DNA of 64,000 bases, taken from NCBI RefSeq assembly GCF_009914755.1, contig NC_060944.1. One strand, given 5' to 3'. This document shows, one piece after another, positions 12,966-26,602 of the stretch (position 1 is the stretch's first letter; each line of letters begins with the position of its first letter). Made by a program: the position numbers and the translations under genes. Below the pieces are notes generated by a model, which worked only from the letters and a program-made list of their open reading frames with translations, searched no databases and was not told the DNA's origin. This DNA is from the human T2T-CHM13v2.0 reference genome, Homo sapiens.

Positions 12966-13765
12966 AAGATGGCAGATCACAGCGAAGGAAGCCAGCTCAG
13001 CCCCACTGCAGCAGGGCAGGGGGGCTCTAGGTGCTCCCCCAGGCTCCTGGCAGTGAGTCCAGGCAGCAAGCGGCCAGGGCAACCAGGAGCCCGAGGAGCA
13101 TTTAACCGGGCGCAGCCCCAGGATGCAACAGCTCTCATACAATTGGCCAGGAAGGCGTTCAGATGGTTTGGAAAACACCTGCTTCTCTCTCTTGGCTTCA
13201 GTCTCTATTTGCTCTCTTCCGGCCAGTGAGCAATGGTCAGGAAAAGCTCAGGGCCAGGCTGCCGGGGAGTCTGGACATAGGGGAAGCAGCTGCTAACCCC
13301 AGGGCCCTGAAGAATAATAACGTCCAGGCCCAAGAGCGCAGCAGGGCTGCACCCACACAGCTGGCCGGACAGCCCCAGCTGTCCTTCCTCCCTGACTCCG
13401 AGAAAGAAAAGGAAGTGATGGCAGGGAGGGAGGGGAGAAGGTGACCCAAATTGTGTGGAGCAGGTGTCTCTGCCTTTCTCGGAGCCAGCATCCCTGTGAA
13501 GGAAGATGGAGAACCGGCAGGATGTCCCTGACCTGCACATGCTCTGAAAAACGGCCAGCCCAGGGAGTCACACTGAGCCCCCCACAGAATTCTGCATTTG
13601 ACTCAAGGCAACTTAAAGCACATTGCAGGGGAGAATTCCTGCCTCTGTGTCCCCATGAACGAAAGGTGGGGATGGCCTGATTCTCTGAGACGTTGGGGGG
13701 CAGAAGATAAACAAGGGGCATTGTGGTCCTAAATCCCAAAATTCAGAGAATCCCATCATTCCATT

Positions 13766-13860
13766 GCAAGCCCTACCCCTCGTCTCTGGTCCCCATCCCG
13801 AGACTCTGGGAGGCAAGCCCTACCCCTCATCTCTGGTCCCCATCCCGAGACTCTGGGAGG
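13766..13860. repeat. 47-bp direct tandem duplication
   Basis: gcaagccctacccctc(g/a)tctctggtccccatcccgagactctgggag occurs twice. Confidence 0.9.
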
Positions 13861-13889
13861 CCAAGGCAGAGGCCCTTCTAGACCTAGTG

Positions 13890-14085
13890 GACCAGCCACA
13901 AGCACTGACCAGCATAAGCACTGACCAGCACTGATCAGCCACCAGCGCTGACCAGCCACCACCATTTACCAGCACTGACCAGAAATGACCAGCCACCAGC
14001 ACTGACCAGCACTAACCAACACTGACCAGCCATGAGGACTGACTAGCCACCAGCACTGACCAGCCACCCCCACTGACCAGCACTA
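13890..14085. repeat. Degenerate 10-bp tandem repeat (ACCAGCACTG)n
   Basis: ctgaccagcactgaccagccaccagcactgacc... Confidence 0.85.
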
Positions 14086-15520
14086 AGCAGCCCTTGGCAC
14101 TGAGCTACCCTCGCCGCAACTGCTGACCGGCCACACCACCCTGGGGCTCCTCCTCCTGGGACTGGGGCAGAGGGTCCCCATGGCATTTATTAGAGAGAGG
14201 CGTCTCTGTGCTTTTCCAATGGCTAAGCACAGGCTACTGCAGCCTCGTGCGCCTCCCAGAGATGGGCCATTGTCCATCCTTGGTTCCAGGGGGCCTCAGG
14301 CAGGTCCCAGACCCCAGATCACGGGGCAGGGGAACGGCATCTCTTGAGGAGTACGCAGATATGTCTAGATGCTTCTCAGCCAGTGTCTGCGGCACCTCCC
14401 AGTCTAACACAGTCCGGGAGAGGATCTGCAGTCCACTGCTTTGGTCAGGCCGGCGGGGTGACATGCTAGTGGGTGGACAATGGACGGATGACCCTGGCAG
14501 GGAGGGTTCCCTCCACCCTGCGGTGGCTTTTCCAGGTGACTGGGTCGCATGGTCCTGGAGAAGGGGTGTCAGTAAATACTCGGGGTTAGGATGGCCCTTG
14601 GTGTGTCCTCCTAGAGATGGGTGACAGGCAGGAGCCCCGGGACACTGTCCATGCCTCACCGTGGGACGGAGCAGGCAGAGGGGCCAGCAGGATGGCGAAG
14701 GCCGGCCACACTGCCGCACATGCCGCCAGGCTATTTTTACCAAGCCTAATCAAGAACAATCAGCAGAAGCTACAGAGATGCAGGGGATTTGCATGATCCG
14801 ATTCTGAGTCCTAAATGTTAATTAAAAGTTATTTTCCCTTCACTGGCTCTGAGCGCGGCTGCACTGCCCACGTGAGGCTGAGTGGGGACCCTCGGCCCTC
14901 AGCACTCCCTCCAGCAGGTGAGCATGGGGTCTGCTGCGCTAGAAGCTGGTGGCCACAGAGGACACAAGCTTCAGACCCTGCCCCAAAGCCTCCTATTAAC
15001 ACCGATGGGTCCTGCAGTGAAGTTCTCAGGGACAGGTCCAGACAGCACAGAGTGACCCTGGAGATCTGGCATCACAGGCCTTCCTCCAGGCCACCCCCAC
15101 CCCATCCACACACATGCTCACGGAGGGGGGGTCCCCTGGAGTCAGGAAGCCCAGCCCTGGCCCCACCCTTGGTCCCTGCCTGCTGTGTAGCCAAGGCCGG
15201 AGAGCTGGACCTCTCTGAGCCGCAGGATTTTATCCCGGCTTTCCACCTAGAATTAATCCCACCTCAAGGTGTCGTCGGGAGCACTGCTGATCTATGTGAA
15301 AGTTTAAGACTTCAGCAATATAAATCTGCTCTAAAAATGCCATGGGTGGTGCCCAGACCCCCATCCCAGGGGCATGGAGCTGGGTGGCGAGCAGACAAGG
15401 TTCCAGCTTTAACAGACCTGGAGTCCTGTCCCGTCTCGGTCTTTCATAGGTGAGGGGCTTACAACAATGTCACCAAAACCTTCTCAGCCCAGTTTCCCCA
15501 GCTGTTAAAAGAAGACGGAG

Positions 15521-15805
15521 GGCCGGGCGCAGTGGCCCAAGCCTGTAATCCCAGCACTTTGGGAGGCCAAGGTGGGTGGATCACGAGGTCCGGAGTTCAA
15601 GACCAGCCTGGCCAAGATGTGAAACCCCATCTCTACTAAAAATATATATTTTAAAAAAAAATTAGCCGGGTGTGGTGGTGCGCACCTGTAATCCCAGCTA
15701 CTCAAGAGGCTGAGGCAGAGAACTGCTTGAACCTGGGAGGTGGAGGGTGCAGTGAATCGAGATTGCACCATTGCACACTAGCCTGTCTCAAAAAAAAAAA
15801 AGAAA
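15521..15805 (+). mobile_element. AluS element
   Basis: ggccgggcgcagtgg...tgtaatcccagcactttgggagg...A tail; TSD-like aaaagaaga(c/g)ggag. Confidence 0.95.
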
Positions 15806-15891
15806 AGAAGAGGGAGGTGGTATATCATTGTTGTAGTTTAAAATGCATACATGATAAGACATATTTTGTTTTTACTGTATGTCTTTTGTGA

Positions 15892-16232
<341 letters not shown>

Positions 16233-17685
16233 CAGGTTAAATATTTTTTGAATAAAGAGGGAAGGGAGTCGTGGTGGTTTCCCCACAGGGTCTCCGAGGA
16301 CAGGATGAGTGGGTCCCCAGCGTTTAGGATGTGCCCAGCTTAGCCAGTGCCTGGTTATCACAGTTGATGTGGAAATACAGATTTTTCTCTCAAAGGGGTT
16401 AAAAATGGTTTTGCCAGAGGCAGGGTCTCAGCTGAACTTAGGAGCCCTGGGGTCTGTGGGTCTGTGGTCCCCATGTTTTTGAGGTCCTTCTGGAAGTTCC
16501 CTCCCCAAGCCGCCCGAGGATGCTGCCTGCGGTCCCTCCTCGGAAGTGACCCTCCTGGCCAGGAAGAAGGGCAGCCCCAGCTCTGCAGGGCAGACAGGCT
16601 ACTGGCCAGCCTCAGCGGGGGGGACTGGCTGGGCTGACCCAGGGCAGCTCTCGCCCACAGATCCCCAGCCCCTCAAGCCTGGCTGCGTGCCCACTCTGGC
16701 CAAGCACTGTGAGTCCCTGACTTCTGCAGAAGAAGGGAGAAATTACGATTCAGCGTGAGTTCCTGAGCACAGGAATTTGGCATCTTAAAATTAGAACGGA
16801 CTCAGTGCCCTTAATTACGCTTGGGTGCACAGTGCAAGCCTCGGCCATAAATCATTAATTGGAGCCAACTTTTCCGAGCACAGAGGTGGCAGCCGCAGGG
16901 ACCAGGAGCTCCCACCCGCCCGACATCACCTCCCGCCTCCTTGCTCCTCCCACCAGGGACTGCTTCCCAGAGACGGCTGCAGAGGGGGCGCTTCTGAGAG
17001 GCCAACTCTGGGCCCACCCTGGGGCAGGGACCAACAGGACACAGGCCCAGAGACGTGGGGGAATGGCGGACTGGAAAGGACAAGCCCAAGGCAGAGACAC
17101 ACAGAAACTTGAGGTCCCTCAGCCTGGGGGTCAAGACTTAGTCCTCCCAGCCGCGGTGCTTCCGCCAGTCTCTCAGGCCTCCTTGGACCCGCCTGTCCAA
17201 GCTGCATGGGAGAGATGGGGCCCAGGGGTTGGGGGTGGGCGCTGGGCCAGACTCCCCAGCTTCAAGCCTGGCTCCACAACTGACCAGCTGCTGACCTTGG
17301 GCAAGTTGCCTCCCTTTCCTCATCTGTTCCTGCCTGATGGGTGTGTGAGGACCAAATATTCCCAGATATCAGTCCCTTGGCAGCGTACCTGACTCAAAGA
17401 AAGACCAATGAGTAAAACAGCAACAATATGGCCATCGTGGCTGTTGTATGATTAATAATGCCGATTGATAGCAATTGTGTCCTTCACCCTGGCACAGATG
17501 AGCTGCTGACAGGAGCTGCCTGAAGTTGTGCTCCAATCCCGCGTAAGAAGATGGGTCAACCTCTCTGTCCTTTCTGGGAAGGGAGCAAGTCAATCTGGTC
17601 TATGGACCCAAAAGCCCAAAAAGGGGTTTCAAGTTAATTTTTAGCTAAATGACTGGTCCTTTCACTCAAGCGGGTGTTGCAGTGA

Positions 17686-17761
17686 GCAGGAGCAGGAGCA
17701 GGAGCAGGAGGAGTAGGGGCAGGGGCAGGGGCAGGGGCAGGGGCAGGGGCAGGGGCAGGGC
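17686..17761 (+). repeat. (GCAGGA)n-(GGGGCA)n compound microsatellite; predicted G-quadruplex
   Basis: About 7 perfect GGGGCA units after GCAGGA units. Confidence 0.9.
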
Positions 17762-19020
17762 CTGCAACTTCCTTCTGGTCACAAGAGCCACAGATCCGAC
17801 AATTCTGATTTGTGAACTCAGAACTCAGCAGAAATCGTCACTGTTTTACTGAATAGAACACAGAATTGCAAAAAGCAATAATGTTGTAATGTCCAAAGGA
17901 GCTGTGGTTTGTAGGTTTACGCTATCAATTTTCCAATGCAAGCAATCACAGAACAGAGAACTACAGCTGGCTGTGTCCCCAGGTGGCTCCCAGCCCCGTC
18001 GGGGGGCGCAGCAGACCACACCCCAGCCAGACAGGAGCCGTCAGGGCCGGCGCTCAGCTGTGCTAGTTACAGTGATGGATCCGCTGAGCTCCGGCTGGGC
18101 AAGAGCACCAGGCTTGGGCACTTCCCTCCAATTAGATGCCCTCGTCCACACCGGGCTCCGGCCGGGAGAAGCAGCACCCAACGCCGGGTGGCTGGGAACG
18201 TCAAGGCCTCATTAGGACCAGCCGGACGCTTCTGAGTGAGCGGCAGCTCAGTGAAAGCATCAATCCCACGCTGGCCCATGGGGTTGGGGTGACAAGGGCA
18301 GCAGCAGAGTCCCATTTCCGCTCATTCAGACCTGCTCCGTGGGAAGAGGCAAAAGGAGGTCCTGAGCCTTCCAGGAGACAAAGCTGGGCCTCAGTGGCAC
18401 TACTGTCCGTCAGAGGTGGAAGTAAAGTTCGCAGTCGGCCGTGGCTCATCTTTATGAGATATTGACTCACCGCCACTAGTCTAGTTGCCAGGAAACAGGA
18501 TGTGGGAGGGACAGACAAAAATTAAGTACAGCAGCAAATCACCAAGATGCAGTCCTGCGTGTCACACCTGAGGAGCAGCCTGGAGCCAGGGGCACCTTCT
18601 GGCTTCCAGCAACTGATGGAAATTCAAACCATGACGTGTTCAGTCCTTGGAGTTCCAGAATCGTGAAAGGCGGGTCCTCGGCAGGCGTGGAGGCATCGTG
18701 GATGGCCGTTTTCAGAGCAGGGCAGGCAGCACAAACGGATGAACGATGCAGAGGCAGAAAAGGTCAAGCCGGGGCCTCTGAAACCAGGACCCCCGGGGCC
18801 TCCATTCCAGGAGAAGCAGCCTCACTCTGCCCTTCACCAGCCACGGAGACCCGGGGTCTATGGGCAGTGCCCTAAATGCCAGCCATGCCCTGGGGCACGC
18901 GGTCACCACCCCGCAGAACCGCTCCCGTGCTCGTTGCAGGAGTGCAAGGGCAGATCCACAGAGGAGCGTGCGGGGCCCCACCTTCCCAGGGATTTGCAGG
19001 CAAATGAGCGGCCGTTGACA

Positions 19021-19232
19021 CAGGGACAGGCACACCTTTTCTTGAATGGTCTGGAGAGTAAATGTTTGCGCTTTGGCTGCCGGAAGGTCTCCGTGGCAAC
19101 TCCGAAACTCCGCCATTGTAGGACAAAAACAACCACAGACAAAACAGAAGCGAGTGGGTGTGGCCATGTCCCAATAAACTTTATTTACAAAAACAAAAAG
19201 ATTCAGGCCACAGGCTTGTTGTCGAGCCCTGA
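19021..19232 (+). mobile_element. MER58-like DNA transposon relic
   Basis: gagtgggtgtggccatgtcccaataaactttatttacaaaaaca, with the characteristic body upstream. Confidence 0.7.
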
Positions 19233-19380
19233 CTTCACCTATAGCAAAGAGGCTACATAGGTGTCGTTTTGGGAATATTTGAAGGAGGAAGATTCTAGCA
19301 TTGCAGACGTCTAAGTATGAGGTCAGCGCCTCGTCACCACCTGTCTCAGAGAGCTGATTAAAAATCTCACACCACACACA

Positions 19381-19541
19381 GCAGAGGTGGCACAGGCCTG
19401 TAGCTCCAGCTACATGGGAGGCCGAGGCAGGAGGATCACTTGAGCCCAGGAGTTCGAGGCTGCAGTGAGGTGTGATCATGCCACTAAACTCCAGCCTGGG
19501 CAACAGAGCAAGACTGTCTCAAAAAAAAAAAAAAAAAAAAA
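19381..19541 (+). mobile_element. Alu right-monomer (FRAM/AluJ-like) element
   Basis: cctgtagctccagctac...ggaggatcacttgagcccaggagttcgaggctgcagtgag...A tail. Confidence 0.85.
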
Positions 19542-19754
19542 GACACACAGTATTAGCATTGAATTAAAAAACTAAATATCTTAGGAAACTTCGTGTGCCA
19601 CGTGCCAGGCCTTGTTCATTACGTTTGCACATTCATTCATTCATTCATTATTTCACCCCGCACTGGGCACTCCCTATGCCAGGGTACAGGACAGCTACAG
19701 AGAAAACCAAAGCAGTCACAGCCCCTGCTCCTCAGAGGTTAATCTACATATTTA

Positions 19755-20132
<378 letters not shown>

Positions 20133-22684
20133 TTATTCATTCGCGGATGTATAATTCCCCATTCCAAACAAAAACCGTGAAGGTGACCTCTCAAGACAAG
20201 CAGGGTATGGGGCCGAGAGGCAGCCCCCAGGGGGCCAGTGCAGCCTCAGCGACCCTTCCCCACCGCTGGTGACCTCGGGCAGGTTGCCTCCTGGAGCCTC
20301 AGTTTCGTTACCTGCAAAATGGGAACAATAATATAATCCCCTCTGCCTCCTGCTCCCAAAATGCTGTCATTCTGTTTCCCTGGGGTTGTCACCAGCATGA
20401 GCCCAAGGTGCCCCTTCTCTGAGACAGGCCTGTCTCCTTGCGAGGGCCCGCAAGCTTCTCCTCTCTGCTCCTGCCCGCTGCCAGCTGTTTTGCGTTTCTG
20501 CTCTTGCAAATGTGGCTTCTCTTGGTGCTTTGGAGGCATCTGAGTGGCCGCCCCTGGGACTTCCCCCAAGCCGGCGTCCTGTGGGCTTGCCCCAGCGGGG
20601 GACAGCAGCCAGTCCTGAGAGTATGGGCTGCAGGGCCCGTAGCCCCACCCACACCGAGCTGGCGGGAGCGGTCATCGGGGCCTCCACCAGGGATTGGATG
20701 TTAGGGGCATGAGGATCAGCACGGCAGCAACTCACTGGAAGGGGCGCAGGCGTGCCAGGGGCTGCGGCTCTCTCGTGGGGCTCCCAGTCCTCTGGGTACC
20801 TGGAGTTCATGGTCATGGAGCATGGGGGTCACCAGGCAGCTGCTGGGAACTGGTGGGATGTGGGACAGGGTGTGCCCTGTGCTCTCCCTGGGGACTCTCC
20901 GGCAGCTTCTCCCTCTTCCGTCTCTCCCCTGGCCCCCTTCTTTCTTGATGAAACACCTGCCTGGGCTGGAGTCCTCACGCCCACCAGCCAGAAGTCAGCT
21001 TCGTCTGCACCGTGTCCCCCTGGTCTCTCGGCATCTCGGCAGGCACAGAAATCCACCCCTTAGCCCTGGTCATTACAGCAGCAGGTGGGCACCGACCCTG
21101 TACCAGGTGCTGCACCGAGTGCCCTGACTGTGCCAGCCCATCCGACCCCACAGCCTCCTGAAGAACGGGCTCCCTCCTCCCCGTGACACAGAGGGGACCA
21201 CCCTGCTGTGGGGAACAGAACTTCCCTCCCACTGCCTCCCACGTGGCCGCTTGCCGTGTGGCAGATGCGGGACTTCTCCCTGAAGACAGGACCACCGTGG
21301 CCCCAGCATAGGTGCCTTGGAGGCCCCAGGGTCTTGCTGGACATTGTGTGGATGGGGCCTGGCCCTCTCGGCCCTGACCGCCCACTGACATCATAAGGGA
21401 ACAGCTGGGTGGGTTTTTCCTGAAACACCGGCTGTGCTGCAGGGTTCCTGCCCAAATCCTCCTCTTGCGAATGGTGACCTTCCCCTGAGAAGCTCACAGT
21501 TTCTGCCTCAGAGCTGGGATTGTGCCGGAAGGCCCTCGTAGGAAGACAAAATCCTCCTACCTCTCGGGATGGGTGCACAGTTGAATTCTAGATTACAGTC
21601 TCGGCAACAAATTCCATTCCGATGCTCTTAAAATTTCTCCTTTCCCAAATACCTGCCTTTTCATCCCAAGGGGCCTGAGAGGCTTTCCTTGTGTCGGAAA
21701 ATCTGAAAAAATTAAATTTAAAAGTCATTATGGCTGGGGGAAGGTTAATAAGAAAATTCTAAACCAGATTTATCAGCTAAGGCCTTCTTTGTGAACCTTT
21801 ATTAAACTTGCATGATTTAGAATAGACTCTTTGTATAAACTTCACTCAGAAGTCTGCAAGGGAATGGACGCAGAGAGCGCCGCGCTCCCTCCTCAGAAGG
21901 ACGGGAGTGAGTGGAGAAGCGTCAGACAGGCCCTCGCTAAAACAGCAGACAACACCAGGACCCACCTGGCCATGTAAGCAGAGACAGACGCTACAGAGGA
22001 TGTGAGGGGCCACAAAATCCAAGGGGCCAGGAGCTTCAGGCACGGCCGCTCCACCAGGAGGGTGCCCTCCTGCCCCCACCACTAGGCACAGAGCCTTGCC
22101 CCTGCTGCCTGCAAGGGTGCTAGCCACACCTTCTGCCTCTGCTGGCTCCAAAGCTCAAGGAATCTCTGCAGTTTGCCAGGATCAGGCCCTCTCTGCCTCT
22201 CTTCTGAACCACAGACATCCAGGTGCACCTGGCTGGCATGTCCCTAGGTCACTTACCTGGTTGTGGCTGTAGAGGAGGCCAGGAAAGTGGATATCTGGAA
22301 AATAAGGAAGGGAATTCAGAAGGTGCAGGGGAACCAGGAAGCCTCACTAATGACCACTATGCTGACCCTGGCAGCTTGAAAAAAAAGAGAGTGGCTCATC
22401 TCACAAGAGCTGAGAAGTCTTGGAAAATCTCTCCCTTCAGGCATGGCTGGATCTAGGCTCCACCAGCTCACCATGACGCTCCCCTGGACCATGCTTCCTC
22501 CAGCCGGCTTTGTTCTCAGGCTGCGAATGGCGGCTCCCAACCAACCCAACACCTTCAGATTCACGTGGTTACCATGCCCAGGCCAGACGCAGGGGCCGCC
22601 AGAACTGACCCCTAATTGGCTGACTTAGGTCATTAGCCTATTTCAAACCAGTTATTGAGGCGGGGGCCTCAGGGGTGGAGAACA

Positions 22685-22860
22685 AGGATCTGAAGCATTT
22701 TCAGTGAAGGACCAGATAGTATTTTCATCTATGGTCAGGCTGTCTCTGTTACTGCGACTCAATGCCACTGTTGGGGCAGGAAAGCAGCCACGGGTGATAT
22801 GTAAATGAATGGGGTGTGGCTGGGTGTCAATAAAACTTTATTTATAAAAACAGGCCTCGG
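22685..22860 (+). mobile_element. MER58-like DNA transposon relic
   Basis: aaagcagccacgggtgatatgtaaatgaatggggtgtggctgggtgtcaataaaactttatttataaaaacaggc. Confidence 0.7.
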
Positions 22861-23077
22861 GCCAACACCACACTAGACCAAGCTGACCAGAGCCCTTCAT
22901 CCCACCAAGCCCTTAAGGAAACTTGGGGTGACATGGCCGCAGGACCGGAGCGGCATGGTCCTGCTCAACCCTCCCACAGAGGCCTGAAGGCCAGAAGCTA
23001 CAGAGGGCTGCCAAGTGGCTCCCGGGGGAGGCCAGCAGGTTTTCACTCAAGGAAGGAGAAGCGCCCTAAGATTCAGG

Positions 23078-23352
23078 CAGGCTGCTTTGGGGGCAAGGCA
23101 GTGTCCCCAGCGGAGGGAGTGGCCCTGAGCCAGGTGTCAGAGCCCGGCAGTGTGTGCTACGGGGCCCTGGCAGGCTGCTTTGGGGCAAGACGGTGTCCCC
23201 AGCAGAGGGAATGGCCCGGGGCCAGGTGTCAGAGCCCAGCAGTGTGTGCTGTGGGCCCTGGCAGGCTGCTTTGGGGCAAGACGGTGTCCCCAGCAGAGGG
23301 AATGGCCCGGGGTCAGGTGTCAGAGACCAGTGGTGTGTGCTGTGGGGCCTGG
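23078..23352. repeat. ~92-bp tandem repeat, 3 copies
   Basis: caggctgctttgggg starts at 23078, 23171 and 23262. Confidence 0.9.
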
Positions 23353-25934
23353 CCAGAGCAGCGTCTGTGTGTTCATGGCATCTCTGGAGAGGGCTCAGGG
23401 TCCTGGCACCCAGGACATTTTGCAACTCAGATCTCCGGGGTCAGGGGAGCTCACTGGCCTTGAGTCCTCCACCAGCCACTGCAGGGGTCACCTGCCTGCC
23501 TCACTGACGATGGGGCAGGCCACCCTCCTCCCTGCTCCAGGTCTGCAAAGCTCCCCCCACCCTGAGGCCCTCCCACCACCACCTCTGCCTGGAGATGGTC
23601 CAAGCAGGGAGTGTATAATGTGACCCAGCTACCACCTCCCCTGAGGACACCAGGGGGACTATCACCTCCACCTCACAGCTCTGTCCCACCCCCAGGCCCC
23701 CCCGGGCACCAGGTCAGCTCCTAGACTCACAGCAACACGGACCTGGCTGAGGAGGGCTGCCCCTCCCGCCCATTCCCCGGCCCTTCTGGAACTTGTTCAC
23801 AGGCCTCAGCGAAGCTTCCTTGAATGTCCCCCTGCAGTGGTCCTCTGCCCGGGGCCTGGCCGCCCAGGATCCCGTGTGGCCACAGCCTCAGCAAGGGCTG
23901 TCCTCTCACACCCAAGGACTGCAGGGCTGAGATCAGGCAGGCAGCTCCCTGTACCTCACTCTCAGGCATGTTCTCACCCCCAGAACATATGGATCTCCAA
24001 CCATGGCCTGAGTCGCCCCTGCTATCCCCCAGTAGGCACCATCCCCCATGCCATGATGCCTTGCAGTGCAGGGCCCAGTGTGTCCCACGGCGGCGCCAGC
24101 TCCTTGTCCTGCTGGGGGACGATCTGACTCCTGGGCGGCTCAAAACGTGTGATGAAGGGAAGACAGAGTGAGTCCCGAAGCTCCCTCCTCTAGGGCCAGG
24201 TCAGCGTCTCCAGGCCTCCCCGGGTACCCAGCTGCAGGTTCCGGGCTCTGGCCACCTGGCTCAGGAACAGAGACAGCTGGGAGATTCCGTCCCACACTAG
24301 ACATCGGGAGTGGTGGGGGCGGTAGCTGTCCACTCTGGAGTTTAGCAAAGACGGTTCCTCCCAATCCTCAGATGAGATCTGTGGCTGAGCGTGGCCATCG
24401 TGTGAGGAAGGGCTCCTGCTCCACAGACAGGGCTGAGATCCCACTTTGGATAAATCCACAATTTTTCTTCCTAACAAGCTGATTGTATCGGGATGTGAAT
24501 GCTTGGACCTAAAGGTGACAGGCAGGGCCCTTCCTACCAGACCCAGAGCTGGGCCGGGCTGCGGGGTTTTCAGCCCAGCTTAGAGCCCCAGGTCGAGGAG
24601 GCTGATTAAAGGACTTTCTCTGAGCTTTTGAAATACAGAGAAAGGACGCAGTGTTTGTCTGGGATTAAACTGGAATATTTTTCCATCCTTGACAAGGCAG
24701 CCCGTTGGTGTGGGCTCTGAATTCTTCTGTCGCGTCGCCGTCCTTTTTAGGAATGCTGACTCGGCTCCTGCCTGGGAAAGGGGACCAGCGTATTTCATTT
24801 TTGTGCATTTATATGAAGGCTATCACTCATTCCTTCATTCATTGATTGGGCCAGCAGGGACAGTCGCCATCTGTATTTCCCCGGACCCTGTTCACCTGAT
24901 GTCTTTGTCCACTGGTCTAATGGGGCCTCCACGCTCATGACAGATGCACGGAAGGGGCGCGGGTGGGTCGGGTGAATCTGCGCCATCTCACAGCCTCCTC
25001 TCACACCGGCTCTGAGATTCTGGGCCCAGAACCACTGCCTCGGGGCCTCTGTGTGCTTCTCTGTCCTTGCAGGACCTGCCTGTGGCAGACGCGGTCTGCT
25101 GGCCGCCCGACGCCCGTTTCCCACCCCTTCTCCGTTTCCCACCTCACAAGGCTCCCTTCTTTGGGCTTGTGGTGGCCGTGGGACATCGCCCTGTCCAACG
25201 GGAGTGTCAGCACAAGTCAGCTGGGGAGGGGCACTCCGGGAAGACTCTTTCTTACCGAAGGGACAGCTGTGCTTCTCAGGCAGCCAGAGGGCCAGGCCGA
25301 GCTGCAGGGTCCTGACCATGGGAGGCCGGGGAAGGACAAAGCCCCGTCCCAACGGGCCCAGCCACCTGCAGCCCTGGAAGGTCAGGCTCCTGGGTTCAGG
25401 TCACCCCAGTGCAAGTTTCTGTTTGCTGCACCTGAGGGCTTCTCCGTGACTCCTGGCTGAGGGCAGGTGTGAAGGTGGCCTGGGTAATTCCCCAGACACC
25501 CTAACGGCCTTGTTTTAACTTGGTCACCTCTTTAAAAGTCCCATCTCCAAATACAGTCACACTCTGAGGCCTTGGGGGTTTAGGGCTTCCACACAGAAAC
25601 TCCAGGACACAACATTCTGCCCCTAACAGTGCCTCATGCCAGGACACAGGGGCTTCCCACCCGGGGACACTCCCGGTGGAAGGGGAGCAGAGCTGCCTGC
25701 AGATGTGCACAGCAGCCCTGTCCTGATGCTCCAGCGCCCGTCCTGGGAGGAAGGGTACCTGATCACAGCACCGTCACATCACAGAGCGCTGCTCAGCCAT
25801 CTCAGCTGCACGCAGCAACACAAAGGAATCCCAGAGCCACAGTGCCCAGCAGAAGCCAGACACAAGTGCTGGAAGGTTCCGCCCATGTAAAGAAAAAACC
25901 CAGGTCAACTCATCTGTGACGCCAGAAGTCAGCA

Positions 25935-26370
25935 TGAGCTTGCAAGGTTCCTGCAACAAATGGCCACAAACTAGGGGCTTGAAACAACAGGAATTTATTC
26001 TGTCAGTTGGAAATCACCAGGGTCTTGCTCCCTCTAAAGACTCCAGGGAGAACCCTTCCTGCCTCTTCCGGGTTCTGCTGGCCACCCTGGTGTTCCTGGG
26101 CTTGTGGTGGCATCACTCTAGTCTCTGCCCCCATCTCCCACGGCCTCCCCTTCTGAATATGTCTGCGTCTTCTCTTCTTTGTGAAATCCCCTCTGCCTCC
26201 CTCTTCTGAAGATGCACATGGTAGCATTTAGCTCCCACCTGGATAATCCAGAAAAATCTCCCCAGCTCAGAATTCTTACCTCCAGCACCTTTTCTTCCTA
26301 CAAGGTGGCATTTCTAGCTCCAAGGATTGAGATGTGGCCATATCTTTGGGGCCACCATTCAACCAGTACA
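25935..26370 (-). mobile_element. MLT1A/B/C-type MaLR LTR
   Basis: caacaaatggccacaaactaggggcttgaaacaacaggaatttattct...ggataatccag...ctttggggccaccattcaacc. Confidence 0.7.
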
Positions 26371-26602
26371 GGTGGAAACTTTGGGACCTGGAAGGGGTCT
26401 GGGGTGGGGACTGGGAATGAAAAGAAGTGCCCATTGTTGAAGCCGCTCCATCAGTGGCCCTCTGCCGTGGCTGCAGGGCTGACGCACCTGCCGGGCAGGT
26501 CTGCACGCCTGCTTCAGTGGGGCCCCGGCAGCCGTGCTATGAGGCGTGCACTCCCGTGCACCCCTGAGCAGCCTGTCTTCTCTGATTCCTGATCTGGGCG
26601 TG

